Assembly: GCF_022045235.1 (NCBI RefSeq)
Contig: NW_027266275.1
Coordinates: forward strand, 68,758,001 to 68,822,000
DNA from: Haliotis cracherodii
Lineage: Eukaryota
Length of the DNA: 64,000 bases
Direction of reading: 5' to 3'
How positions within the stretch are numbered: position 1 is the first letter of the stretch; every line of letters starts with the position of its first letter. Below the pieces are notes generated by a model. The model had not been told where the DNA came from and did no database searches. It saw only the letters and a list, made by a program, of their open reading frames with translations. Position numbers and translations under genes: made by a program. Below are positions 12,803-26,376 of the stretch, in pieces.

Positions 12803-14422
12803 CCAAAGTCAGGCGATAAACAGAAACGTCGTTTCCTATAAACGCTTGCATGTATTCTTCTTGAGAATTTGTCAAGAGATCTAAACTTTCGGGCAAAAGA
12901 AAGCGTAAACACATTTCTTATTGTTGCTAAAATTGAAACAAACAAAAAAATGATTATTCGATGGTGATGTATTTCATAGATTTATACCTTAAGTTTTGTA
13001 GTGTTTCGGCGACTGTTTTCAGCTTAGTAACCTTTTGACAACGTTTGTCAAAATCCCTTGTCAAGTGTATACTTTCTTTATCCGGCAGTTTATACAAATA
13101 CAATCAATACAAAGGTGGTCGTTCTAAGTATCTGTAAGATTATAAATTTCTGTAATATATGACATGGAGGGAGATATGGGTGCAGTCGCCCATTGTTCCG
13201 TAATTGGCAGTCAAGAGTTACGCCCCTTAGGGAAGCCAGCATCCGATGATCATGAGTACGAACGTTTTCATTTTGATCATTTTGTCTTTAGATTTGTATT
13301 TATTTGAACCAAACAAAGAATATGTAGTAATTATACTCATGCGATATACAAGATTTTATCAAACAGCATAATGTACGCACACTGCATTCAAAAGAGTCAT
13401 CTTATTTATTCAACCGATAACTCATTGTGTGGTGAACCTATTATTATGGATGGGTAGATAACGAGAACCGAGTTGATTAGATTGTAAATGATATGTGAAG
13501 CACGTCATACTGATGTATGGAAGGCGTTTGAATTGTTCATTGAACAACTTTACTTTCCAGTTTCACACCTGATTAATTACAACATAAGTGAGTGTTTAGT
13601 TTCCATTGCCTTAACAATTCAGTTGCATGTAATCATTTGTGTTTTAATTAATTCCAAATAGACATGGCAGTTTGTGTATTATGGTTTGACGTGTTTTATC
13701 TAGGTGGGTTCTGTATTTGTTGTTTCTGAATTTTTGATGCCAGTACATTTTTAGTAGATTTTATTTTATTTTATTGATTAGGAAGCAGTCGGCAACATTC
13801 GAACTGTATCCTGGTGACATACACATTATAGTTTCGCCTGGGAACGGCGTCTTATACCTTCTTTGTATAATTCAAAGTCTTACGCTGTCCAAGTGCAGTG
13901 ACACGCAATTTATCGCCGCTACTGCAATCGACGGTTTATGGAACGTACAGATCATGGTGTCCGGTGTGTTTACGACATGTTGATGGAGAGGCAGATGTGT
14001 TTACCTGTGAACCATCCCCTCAACATGGAGATACAGATGTATTAACCTCTTAACCATCCCTTAAAATGACAAGGATTGTTCTTAGATCCAAAATAACTCA
14101 GGACAAAAAGTATGAAGGCGATCAAATCATATACTTCCTGAGGAGTGTAACATCATTAAAAAGACTAAAGTTACTGTTGATGAAACATCCTTGAAGACAA
14201 AACAAGAGACACCTTATCAGATGTGATACAAATGCTGACAAATCTTTACAGGATGCACGACTGAAAGGAGATGACCAGATTTTATTACAGATTGGGAACT
14301 CGGACCCAGCATGTACAGAAGCGCGGTACCATGCCTCATGTTATAAAACAGTACTCTAAATGTGTATATAATATGAATTCCTCGCATGAAAAGCCTCCAA
14401 GAAACTTTGTGCAGAGGTAATT

Positions 14423-16067
14423 AAAAGTATATAGGAGAGTTACAAGGTATAATATTAAAGATAATTACATGAAAATTATTACATTGTCAGAGAATACCAC
14501 CATATACCACTGTGGTAACGGATTTTGTTAGTAAATTCCGTCCATATAATGAAAGCGGTATAGTCCTCGAATTTCACTTCGTGAGTAAGAGCGACTGGTA
14601 TCTGGATCAGTATCCAAAGGTGGCTTACAGGACAGCAAACATAGCCTGATTTGTTGTGGAGTTCAACGCTGATGTCAACGGGACCTATACGCACAATGTC
14701 ACACCATAAGTTCTCTCTTATTGTTCTCTTACTCACACAGTGGCACCGTACGTGAGTCAGTAAGTCATGGTAGTTAATACCACACTGTGAACAGATACCA
14801 TGTAATTTCCCCGGTCTCCACATCGCACAAATGTGGACAGCAAAACAGGCAGCTGCCTTTAGCTCAGGACACTCTCGAGCTGTCCTCCTCGCCATGTGTG
14901 GGGTCACATCCTGATGAATACTCTCAAAGTTCACAGTGTCAGTTTCTGATGAAAGTCTTTCCCGCCATGCTGGTACTTCAAAAGTATTCACGGCTTCTTT
15001 GACTGTCCTTTTCCATATCTTCCGCTCCAGGGACGTACTGGAACTAAGAAATGCCTCCAGGTGACAGGATAATGAATACTTGTGGAGGATGCGATATATG
15101 TCTGGGACAAAGCACATACTTGTGGATGAACACTTATGTATATACATGGAGATACGAGTCATAAAAACCTTCTTAGAAAGCAGATGATTAGAACACTGAG
15201 AGAGGTGGCCAAGAAAGAATAGTTTCCTGATGTTGATAAGTGATTCTATGGGGAGCCAGCCGGGAAGAGCATTTACTATGTCAGACCTAGTATGACGTGG
15301 AAGTCCCTGTGCCATTTTGAGAATGGACCTCTGTGCTCTTTCTATAGCCAGAATTTCTGCCTTGGAAATCATCGACCATAACACCCAAACATAGCCTTTG
15401 GGATACAAATTGCCCTAATAAGTTTTGAGCTTGTCCTGGGTTTTAGAGCGCGTTCATGCAGTCCCGATTTGACGAGTGCCATGGCTGATACTTTCATCTT
15501 TGAGCAGCTCTCCAGAGTTCTCTACCATGAGTTAAATTCAGTGTTCAATATAACCAACGTGCTTAAGCTCATTTGTCACTGGGATATCACGTCCATAGAG
15601 TACAACACTAGAAGCAGCTGCTTTTCTGTCACTATATCTGACTATCTGGCTCTTGGAAAGAGAGAAAGAGAACCGCCAGTCTGAACTATATCTTTCACTG
15701 ATGGACATCATCTTCTGCAGATTTGCTGATACTGGACTAACAACTACAACTGCAACAGCCTTGTTGCGTATTAGGGTTTTGCAAATTGATGTTTTTTTCC
15801 CTTGACTTGTTAGAAGATCAACTGATGACTGGTCAGTGCTCTGTATTTCCAAACGTATCCTTTCCACGTGTGCATCAATGTGCTTCCTAAACTCTTGATC
15901 AAAGTGACGCTCATCTTGGTCGCTTGATACCTGTTTCATATGGTTTGGCATGATGGTACAGATATTTTTGGCATTTCTTGTTTGCACACCTTCTGCTTTA
16001 AGGCATGGAATTGGTTCCCACGTCGAATTAAAGTCTCAAACATCTTCTGATCTAGGTTACAAATGGA
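14423..16067 (-). mobile_element. Degenerate LINE with the same RT-core deletion as unit 1
   Basis: Duplicate of 4579-6221. Confidence 0.8.
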
Positions 16068-19000
16068 CAGGACAAAATGTATGAAGGCGATCAAAACCAA
16101 AATGGATCCTTGAACAGAAAACAAGAGACCCGTATTGGGTACTCGGACCCAGTATGTACAGAAATGCGGTACCATGCGTCGTGTTATAAACAGAACTCTA
16201 AATGAGTATATAATCTGAACACCTCGCATTAAAGCCTCCAAGAAATTTCGTCCTGAGGTAATTGAGAAAAGTATTAAAAGAACGGCAGTTGGTGGAAATA
16301 AAAGGAAATAACAACCATAAAAATACGAACATTCAAATAAAGTAAGTGAATTAAATATAAACAAAACAAACAATGTTATGAAGTGTAATAAGATGCAATA
16401 TTTATTTTTATACATGTTTCATTGAAGCTTGTCAGGTATTTCAAGTACATGTAAGAGTTAGTAGCCATGATCCCTTTAGTCCGTTCACCTTTTTGCATAG
16501 TATATCATGCTTCTCATGATGTCACTGCTTTCTGCTTTTCATGTTAATACATAATGTCTCGTTCTATAATCTATACCATACTATTAATAGTCTCTAGTAT
16601 GCTCACACTTTACACAGGCAGCCAGTGTTCGAATGCCGGGTCGGCACTTTATATTTGGTGTCCTCATTTGGTTGTGATCGCAAGATTGATATACGAGCGA
16701 AGAACTGATACACAACCACCACCACGTACTTCAATAATACTGTCTTATGGATTTTTCTGGTCTCTATTTTAACCAAACGTTCTTATTTATATTGATTTCT
16801 AGTACTTCACATCACAGAGACGATGAGGTAGCCTAATGGTAAAAGTGTTAGTTCGTCATGTCGAACACCCGGGTTTTATTCCCACCTGAGTACAATGCAT
16901 GAAGCCCATGTTCCGGTGTCCCTTTCGTGATATTGTTGAAATATAGAAGTGGCGTAAAACCATACTCATTCCTCACTCACTCATATGTTGGAGGAAACTA
17001 CTAGGTCGGCAGAGACCGTGACTGTAAGTGAGATTCAGTAATGTCCAGCAACAAGACAACTGAGCAGTACAAGCCAGATGACCATCAAGACACTACGAGT
17101 ACATCATTATCAGTGCCTGACAAGATGAATACCAGACCAACTGTACTACAGCAGGAATGTGAATAGACTGAAAGGAGATGTTCCAAGAGAGTCACCAGAC
17201 CACTAGTTAGACTGAATCTCTTATCTTGTGAGACAAGAGCACTTTGTGCCCCTTGGAAGGTCATGCTCATTGCAGAGACTTTAAAATTAAAGTTTATTCA
17301 AATATTTCAAGTTGATAAGTTCTGACTTAAAAGTTTGTAACGTTGGTGAAGCTTTAACCATTCAAATGAAGGATAGGTCTGGTATCCATCTGATAATAGT
17401 TCTAAGGAATATAATGTTTCCTTCACTTATTGTCCAATGCTAGGCAACCACTACCACATCATATCCCGTGCGACACTAGGTCACGATTACCCGTCACTTG
17501 TACCATGCAATGAAATGGTTGAACCTTACATGTCTCCTTATTGTCTTTGTCACTGTACATTTACATGATCCCCGGTAAAGTGCCCGTGGGTGAAGCGGAT
17601 ATATATGACTGAGCCGTGGAGCAGTGAATATAATTTCAATTAATAAAAGAGAGTATCAATATTCAAGAGCACCCATGTGTGGCATAGCATTATAGCACCC
17701 ATCACGAGTTCTGATGAAACTGACGTACTGTTCAAAGAGGCGTTAACCTAAACTCACTCACTCTTTGCTGTACAAGCGATAGCTTCGTTCTGTTTATCTT
17801 CTTAGGATATTTGTTGAAAATAGTAATCGTAATGGGTTCATTTGCCATTAACCGTTTTATTTCAATTTGTTTCAGGAATTAACTGGTGACAACTTATTAT
17901 GTTCATTTGTCTTGATCCTGTATACATGTGTCTCCTCCTTTAATGGTATAATGTCTGGTTCTGAGTATTTAGTTCACCGCATAATGGTCTATCCTCAAGG
18001 ATGAGGATGCGATTAGTTCAGTCGTCTGAGGCGCCGCTATTCGCCGTGCAGAGTTGCGTTCCTTGGACAAACCAAACCCAACTCACTTCCTCTATCCTCA
18101 AAATAGAACGATAATAGAAAACGTGTTAAAGTAGTTTCATTTGATCATCAGTTGACCAGCCTGGACCAATTTCTTTGCGTTCTTGACTGTCGAGAGTCTA
18201 TGTTATGTATGGTGTGATAAATGGCGTTCCACTAGGATTCGATTGCTAAATAATTTTCACGTGCCTATTACATGACACAGGTTCAACAAATGATCTCCAT
18301 ATCTCACATAAACGTCCAAGCAACATCAGTACTCTGGTCAAATGCAAATTTTTATTGACAATGTTTTACAGGTGACGTTGTTCGTGAGGCGATGAAGGAT
18401 CGAGAGGCAGCATTGTCAGCATCTGCAATACCAAAAATACTCACTGAAGTTAACCGTGTCATGTGTAATAATGTAAGAATATTTCATATCATGACTAGTT
18501 ATCAGGAAAGTGGACAGAGCATCCGTCCGGGGAGCAGAAGACAGTTGGTCCAGAGTAAGTATTTCTCCCAATCAACCTATGCTGGTCGTTAGAGGCGATT
18601 TAATGGGTCGAGTGGCCAGGCTCGGTAATTTGGCTGATTGCGTGTCTGGTTCAGACAGGCCTTCATATAGCTGGAATATTGCTGATTGTGGCGTTGAAGT
18701 AAACGAAACAAACAGTCAATAGTTCCAACCGAAACTTGTTTCCTCAGACAGCGGTGTAACTATTGCGTAGACAGAAGGAAAACCTCCGTGGTGTATTGGA
18801 CAGGGCGTCTGCCCGAGGCGCCATTGTAATTACTGTGGAGTAATTTGTCCTGATTTGTAAACCTAGTTAATTTTTGTAATTCATTTGTTGATTGTATACA
18901 ACATGCTGGTTCTTTGTTGGTTTCACACAAAGTTCTTTTACGTTCAGATTTCTTGATTAACATACTATTTCAATTTGGGAACCAACACGAAACAGTACAT

Positions 19001-19292
19001 AATTTCAATTTGTAAAAGGAGAATAGCAATGTTCAAAAGAACCCGTGTGTGCTTTAGCGCAACATCAACCATCAACAAGCACTGGCCGGCTCGGTGTCTG
19101 AGTATAATTGTGTCAGAGTGGGGTTTCTATGTGAAACTGCGACATGGCATCTCAGTGAGCAAGCACTATAAAGTCCGGACAAGAACAAGCCGCCACATGG
19201 AGTGCAATAATCTTGAACGCGATGTTAAAACTCATCCCGCCTCACTTCACCTTACCTCGCCTATATCACGTTCAATACAACTCACCTTACAA

Positions 19293-22032
19293 CTAGTTGG
19301 CACCACACATACCAAGTCGGTTGCATGACGTTTTAACATTCTGTAATAAAAAAATGTTCCATTCTTTTACATTTTTAAAATTAAATAAACAGTAGTCTTT
19401 TAACTCTAACTATCCAGGTTTTATACTTCATTCCGATCATACATATTGATTAGTGTCCTTAATGGATATGTCTACAGAAATCGACATATATGTCTGTCAA
19501 GTGTAAGTTTATGTGTATATCAAAGCAATGAGTATCTCACTTATACATCCAACATTTACTTACCACCAAATCTAGTAGCTCGATTTCCATTTCGATTGCT
19601 GCATCTAGAAAGTCAGCACACTGAAACAGAGTACACAGAATGCTCAAACATAATTAGATGAATGTGAAATTGTATACATACACACATTATATAATGATAT
19701 AAGAATATATATCATGACTGATTATGAAATTAACTGTAACACAATATGAGGGGGGATCAGATGGTCAGGCTAGCTGACTTGGATGGTGCACGTCATTGTA
19801 TCCGATACTCATGGTGTCAATCACATGGATTGTCTAGGACTACAATAAGGAAAGAACTACTGAATTTATATCATAATCAGAAAACTGAACAATGATTGGA
19901 TAACTATATACACACCTGTTCCTGGCGGTCTTCGCTCAGCTTTTCACAGAACATGGTTTCGATCAGTTCATTTACAGAGGCCTGTAAAAGAAAAGTTTTT
20001 AACTACACGTAGTCATGATTTTATGATTGCATTACATCAACGTGTACGATTTGTTAATTTAACTTAAAACAAGATGGTACATATTTTATGTATTTGGGGA
20101 AATAATGCAAATGTTCCAGACCAACATAGGAGTGATAAACCTTCTCAATATTTGTCACTCACAACAGTGTCCATTTGCCTTTCTTTGACATCTTTGAGAA
20201 AGTTCTTGCAGTCCTTGCATCGCCCTCTCCCTTGAACCTACGAAACATGAAATGACAAATTGAATGCATCATTATGCCTACAGATTTTAAACTTTCTATT
20301 GTAACCAATGTAACAATAATATTGCAGCACAAAAAGTGTGACGAAAGACGAACCTACTTTCTAACCAAATAAATTGTACAAATCATGAACACGTTAAGAC
20401 ATTCATTTGATTGTGAGTAAGTTTGATGAGTTATACTGACTGGTACTAGGTATTAATCTTGCCTTGTTTGTAGGTGTGTTCATGTTGGCGGTATCAAGCG
20501 ACGGACAGTACTTGGTGGCTTTACAGATGGCTTCAGGGCTCTGAGAAGGTGAACAGAATTACATGATATGTTGTAAAACCCAATCCTTTTGCTTACTCGC
20601 AGTGTATAATAATAATTATAGAGTTAAAGGGTAAAATCATAGTCCAATCCTCATCATTTTGTGTAACTCAGTGAAAACATAGTAAAGGTTATTATTCTGA
20701 TAAAGGAAATGTAAGCTGAAATGCTGATATAGAGTTTTCCATCTCCTTCCCCGGGTATCTAAAGTCCATCTGATTGGTACTTTCCTGAACTTTTTGCATC
20801 AATCACCTTGTTCATGATGTCAGTATATGCAAATGTAAGCTGACGCAATCTTGCGCTTCATGATTAGTCCATTGATTGGAGCAGGATTTCGGATGATGTA
20901 AAAGTTAACAATTACCTGACTGTTGACTCTGTCCTTCTTCTTCTGGCATATTTTCTGCACTTTTGTCTTACACTGCAAATACGCGTTTAACAATATTAGC
21001 CTCAAGAATACTATTTTATCTAATTCACAGCGTTAAGGATCAACACAGTTTGCTATGAATATAGATTATTGTACCTTTTTAATTATCTACCTTGTGATAT
21101 ATTCAGTACATAGCTCTTTGCAATGAAACTTCTGATCTTGTTGTTTATGAAATCCGTTTGTTTACTATTGAGAACTATTATTTATCTCACCTCTTCCACC
21201 TTGCTGGGTTCCATTGAAGAACAGACGTTGTTCATTTTTGCTTCCTGTTCTTCCTGAAACACATGTTATATAAAAACTCAGTACAATAGATCTGGAGAAT
21301 AGACATGAGTGTATTTGTGACATGTTTACCTCCTGACGTTCTGGGGTAGACTTACCTCTAAATATATATGTAGTAATAGATCTATGTGTAGTAGATAGAA
21401 TACTGATAAATATATGAGAGTAGGGTTCAGTACAATATTCTACCAACGACTGGACAGATGCCATTTATTTTGGGAAATTGGAAAAATCAGATGTAGATTC
21501 CGAAACGAACATATTGGTTGACTGGTCCCATTACTTTAAGTATTATATTGAGGGTAGGGGTATAAACCATTAGTGTATAATCAAAAAGATAATGTTTTAA
21601 ACATGTACGTATATGTTAGTGGGCACGTTTGGAAATAGCACGATTTTTACGAACCATCATGTGTTATAGTCGGTATTATTTACGTACAATCGATTCGAGT
21701 CCCATCTCCTGGCGATCAGTAATGAAAGCGATGCAATCAGCGCACTCATCATTTCCATCCTGTATCGACAGGGCCATAGCTGAAAACATGTCAATATAAA
21801 ACGTCAACGCGTCAACTTTAGTCAAAAAATAATTAGTGTAAATATTTTTAGATTCGAACACATCAGAAAAAGAATGAATGCATATAATTGGATTTCCGTA
21901 AATATCATATAGCTGCACCTTAGCAACGACCATGGTATCTACTGAGAAGTGGATAGTAAGAAGGCATGGCCATTTAAAACACTCACCTTGGCTTGCTACA
22001 ACAGCGACTACAAATGCGAAAAAGGTCTTCAT
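19293..22032 (-). CDS. Saposin-like protein, copy 3 (intact)
   Basis: Exons 22032-21987, 21779-21688, 21253-21191, 20972-20916, 20540-20463, 20237-20163, 19981-19916, 19620-19564, 19340-19293; variants AMALSIQ, EMGLESI, KKKDRV. Confidence 0.88.
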
Positions 22033-22464
22033 TGTCCTTGAAGCTGAGAAATTCAACTGTTGTGATGTGTTTAAATGTAAAGCTTTATATATGTTCCGAT
22101 TCTTCATAGTTGGTGACTTAGTCAATCACAGCGCACAGTAGGATGGCTCTAATTAACAGCAAACTAATTCAATGAGACGATTCAGACAGATGTCCTGTTC
22201 TTAACGAATATTCTCTGTTTGAAACCTACACATGCTGAGACAATAATTGTCGCGTTCTTAATAAAATAACCTGTTTTGATATCTCTCTCGATTAGATCTC
22301 TTTGCCACCTACTGTTGACCATGGTGATACACCCTACAATCAACTGACATGATGAAAGAACTAAAGAGTCGTAACTAGTCAACAGCTGACTGAATTTGTT
22401 TTGCATCTACATGATTACTAAACTATGTCAATTAGCTGACATTGCCAATTCTACAAAAGTCAGT

Positions 22465-22632
22465 GGGGCGGTGAGGTAGCCTAGTGGATAAAGCGTTCGC
22501 TCGTCACGCCAAAGACCCGGGATCCATTCCTCACATGGATGAAGTCCATTTCTGGTGTCCCCCGCCGTGATATTGCTTGAATATTACTAAAAGCGGCGTA
22601 AAACCAAATTCACTCACTCTCTCACTCACTCT
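22465..22632 (+). mobile_element. tRNA-derived SINE
   Basis: Same insertion as 3120. Confidence 0.8.
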
Positions 22633-24248
22633 CCAAAAGTCAGGTGATAAACAGAAACGTCTTTCCTATAAACGCTTGCATGTATTCTTCTTGAGAATTT
22701 GTCAAGAGATCTAAACTTTCGGGCAAAAGAAAGCGTAAACACTTTTCTTATTGTTGCTAAAATTGAAACAAACAAAAAAGATTATTCGATGGTGATGTAT
22801 TTCATAGATTTATACCTTAAGTTTTGCAGTGTTTCGGCGGCTGTTTTCAGCTTAGTAACCTTTTGACAACGTTTGTCAAAATCCCTTGTCAAGTGTATAC
22901 TTTCTTTATCCGGCAGTTTATACAAATACAGTCAATACAAAGGTGGTCGTTCTTAGTATCTGTAAGATTATAAATTTCTGTAATATATGACATGGAGGGA
23001 GATATGGGTGCAATCGCCTATTGTTCCGTAATTGGCAGTCAAGAGTTACGCCCCTTAGGGAAGCCAGCATCCGATGATCATGAGTACGAACGTTTTCATT
23101 TTAATAATTTTGTCTTTAGATTTGTATTTGAACCAAACAAAGAATTTGTAGTAATTATACTCATACGATATACAAGATTTTATCAAACAGCATAATGTAC
23201 GCACACTGCATTCAAAAGAGTGATCTTATTTATTCAACCGATAACTCATTGTGCGGTGAACCTATTATTCTGGATGGGTAGATAACGAGAACCGAGTTGA
23301 TTAGATTGTAAATGATATGTGAAACACGTAATACTGATGTATGGAAGGCGTTTGAATTGTTCATTTATCAACTTTACTTTCCAGTTTCACACCTGATTAA
23401 TTACCACATAAGTGAGTGTTTAGTTTCCATTGCCTTAACAATTCAGTTGCATGTAATCATTTGTGTTTTAATTAATTCCAAATAGACCTGGCAGTTTGTG
23501 TATTATGGTTTGACGTGTTTTATCTAGATGGGTTCTGTATTTGTTGTTTCTGAATTGTTTATGCCAGTACATTTTTAGTAGATTTTATTTTATTTTATTT
23601 TATTGATTAGGAAGCAATCGGCAACATTCGAACTATATCCTGGTGACATACACATTATAGTTTCGCCTGGGAACGGCGTCTTATACCTTCTTTGTATAAT
23701 CAAAGTCTTACGCCGTCCAAGTGCAGTGACACGCAATTTATCGCCGCTACTGCAATCGACGGTTTATGGAACGTACAGTTCATGGTGTCCGGTGTGTTTA
23801 CGAAATGTTGATGGAGAGGAAGATGTGTTTACCTGTGAACCATCCCCTCAACATGGAGATATAGATGTATCAACCTCTTAACGAGCCCTTAAAGTGACAA
23901 GGATTGTTCTTGGATCCAAAATAACTCAGGACAAAATGTATGAAGGCGATCAAATCATATACTTCCTGAGGAGTGTGTCATCATTAAAAAGACTAAAGTT
24001 ATTGTTGATGAAACATCCTTGAAGACAAAACAAGAGACCCTTATCAGATGTGATACAAATGCTGACAAATCTTTACAGGATGCACGACTGAAAGGAGATG
24101 ACCAGATTTTATTACAGATTGGGAACTCGGACCCAGCATGTACAGAAGCGCGGTACCATGCGTCATGTTATAAAACCGTACTCTAAATGTGTATATAATA
24201 TGAATTCCTCGCATGAAAGCATCCAAGAAACTTTGTGCAGAGGTAATT

Positions 24249-26376
24249 AAAAGTATATAGGAGAGTTACAAGGTATAATATTAAAGATAATTACATGAAA
24301 ATTATTACATTGTCAGAGAATACCACCATATACCACTGTGGTAACGGATTTTGTTAGTAAATTCCGTCCATATAATGAAAGCGGTATAGTCCTCGAATTT
24401 AACTTCGTGAGTAAGAGCGACTGGTATCTGGATCAGTATCCAAAGGTGGCTTACAGGACAGCAAACATAGCCTGATTTGTTGTGGAGTTCAACGCTGATG
24501 TCAATGGGACCTATACACACAATGTCACACCATAAGTTCTCTCTTATTTTTCTCTTACTCACACAGTGGCACCGTACGTGAGTCAGTAAATCATGGTAGT
24601 TAATACCACACTGTGAACAGATACCATGTAATTTCCCCGGTCTCCACATCGAACAAATGTGGACAGCCAAACAGGCAGCTGCCTTTACCTCAGGACACTC
24701 TCGAGCTATCCTCCTCGTCTGGGACAAAGCTTATACTTGTGGATGAACACTTATGTATATACATGGAGATACGAGTCATAAAAACCTTCTTAGAAAGCAG
24801 ATGATTAGAACAATGAGAGATGTGGCCAAGAAAGAATAGTTTCCTGATGTTGATAAGTGATTCTATGGGGAGCCAGCCGGGAAGAGCATTAACTAAGTCA
24901 GACCTAGTATGACGTGGAAGTCCCTGTGCCATTTTGAGAATGGACCTCTGTGCTCTTTCTAAAGCCAGAATTTCTGCCTTGGAAATCATCGACCATAACA
25001 CCCAAACATAGCCTTTGGGATACAAATTGGCGTAATAAGTTTTGAGCTTGTCCTTGGGTTTAGAGCGCGTTCATGCAGTCCCGATTTGACGAGTGCTATG
25101 ACTGATGCTTTCATCTTTGAGCAGCTCTCCAGAGTTCTCTACCATGATTTAAATTCAGTGTTCAATATAACCAACGTGCTTAAGCTCATTTGTCACTGGG
25201 ATATCACGTCCATAGAGTACAACACTAGAAGCAGCTGCTTTTCTGTCACTATATCTGACTATCTGGCTCTTGGAAAGAGAGAAAGAGAACCGCCAGTCTG
25301 AACTATATCTTTCACTGATGGACATCATCTTCTGCAGATTTGCTGATACTGGACTAACAACTGCTATATCGTCCGCTTGAGCGGGTGCCATTACATGGAT
25401 ATCCAAGATCACTGCACCAAGTTTGTTGGTGGACAGTTTCTCTCACAGTTCATCTATGTATAGCAGGCAGAGTTTTGCCGACAGGACGCTTCCTTGCCGA
25501 ACACCTCTTGATAACGGAAACCAGTATGATCTTGTGTTATTAACAAGGACGCTGCTCTCGATGAACTTGTAGCTATTGTCAAATATCCCCCACAGTGCAT
25601 CTGGGATTCCAAGATGATACAGCTTGTATAAAAGTCCTTGGTGTCATACTGTGTCAAACGCTTTTGAACTGTCTAGGAAGGCTAAGTTGATGTCGTCCGA
25701 TCGTTCTTTATAGTGAAGTATTGATTCTTCTCGTGCAATAAAGGAGGTGTCACTCGAGGAAAGGTCTAGAAACCACGCTGTTGTATAAATGGAAAGGATT
25801 TACTGTTGGTGAGCTGTTGGATTCTACTACTTACAATGACTTCAAATACCTTGTATATAATCGGCAATAGGGTTACCTCTCGATAGGAATCCGGTAACAC
25901 GCGAGACATGTTGCCTCCTTTGAATATCAGTATGATAGTGCCTCTTTTCCATTGGGCAGGAATGTATCCAATTGTAATAACGAGGTTAAAGAGTTCTGAC
26001 AAGCACTTTGTAAGGTATTTTCCACCATATCGAAGATGTTCATAAAAGATGTTGTCCATACCCGCAGCTTTGTTGCGTATTAGGGTTTTGCAAATTGATG
26101 TTTTTTTCCCTTGACTTGTTAGAAGATCAACTGATGACTGGTCAGTGCTCTGTATGTCCAAACGTATCCTTTCTACGTGTGCCTCAATGTGCTTCCTAAA
26201 CTCTTGATCAAAGTGAAGCTCATCTTGGTCGCTTGATACCTATTTCATATGGTTTGGCATGATGGTACAGATTTTTTTGGCATTTCTTGTTTGCACCCCT
26301 TCTTCTTCAAGGCATGGAATTGGTTCCCATGTCGAATTAAAGTCCAAAACATCTTCTGATCTAGGTTACAAATGGA
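24249..26376 (-). mobile_element. Degenerate LINE retaining the reverse transcriptase core
   Basis: Motifs KAAGMDNI, IPAQWKRG, PDSYREVTLLP..YKVFE, QQRGF, LDSSKAFDTV, GVRQGSVLS and catalytic QADD, interrupted by stops and frameshifts. Confidence 0.9.
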
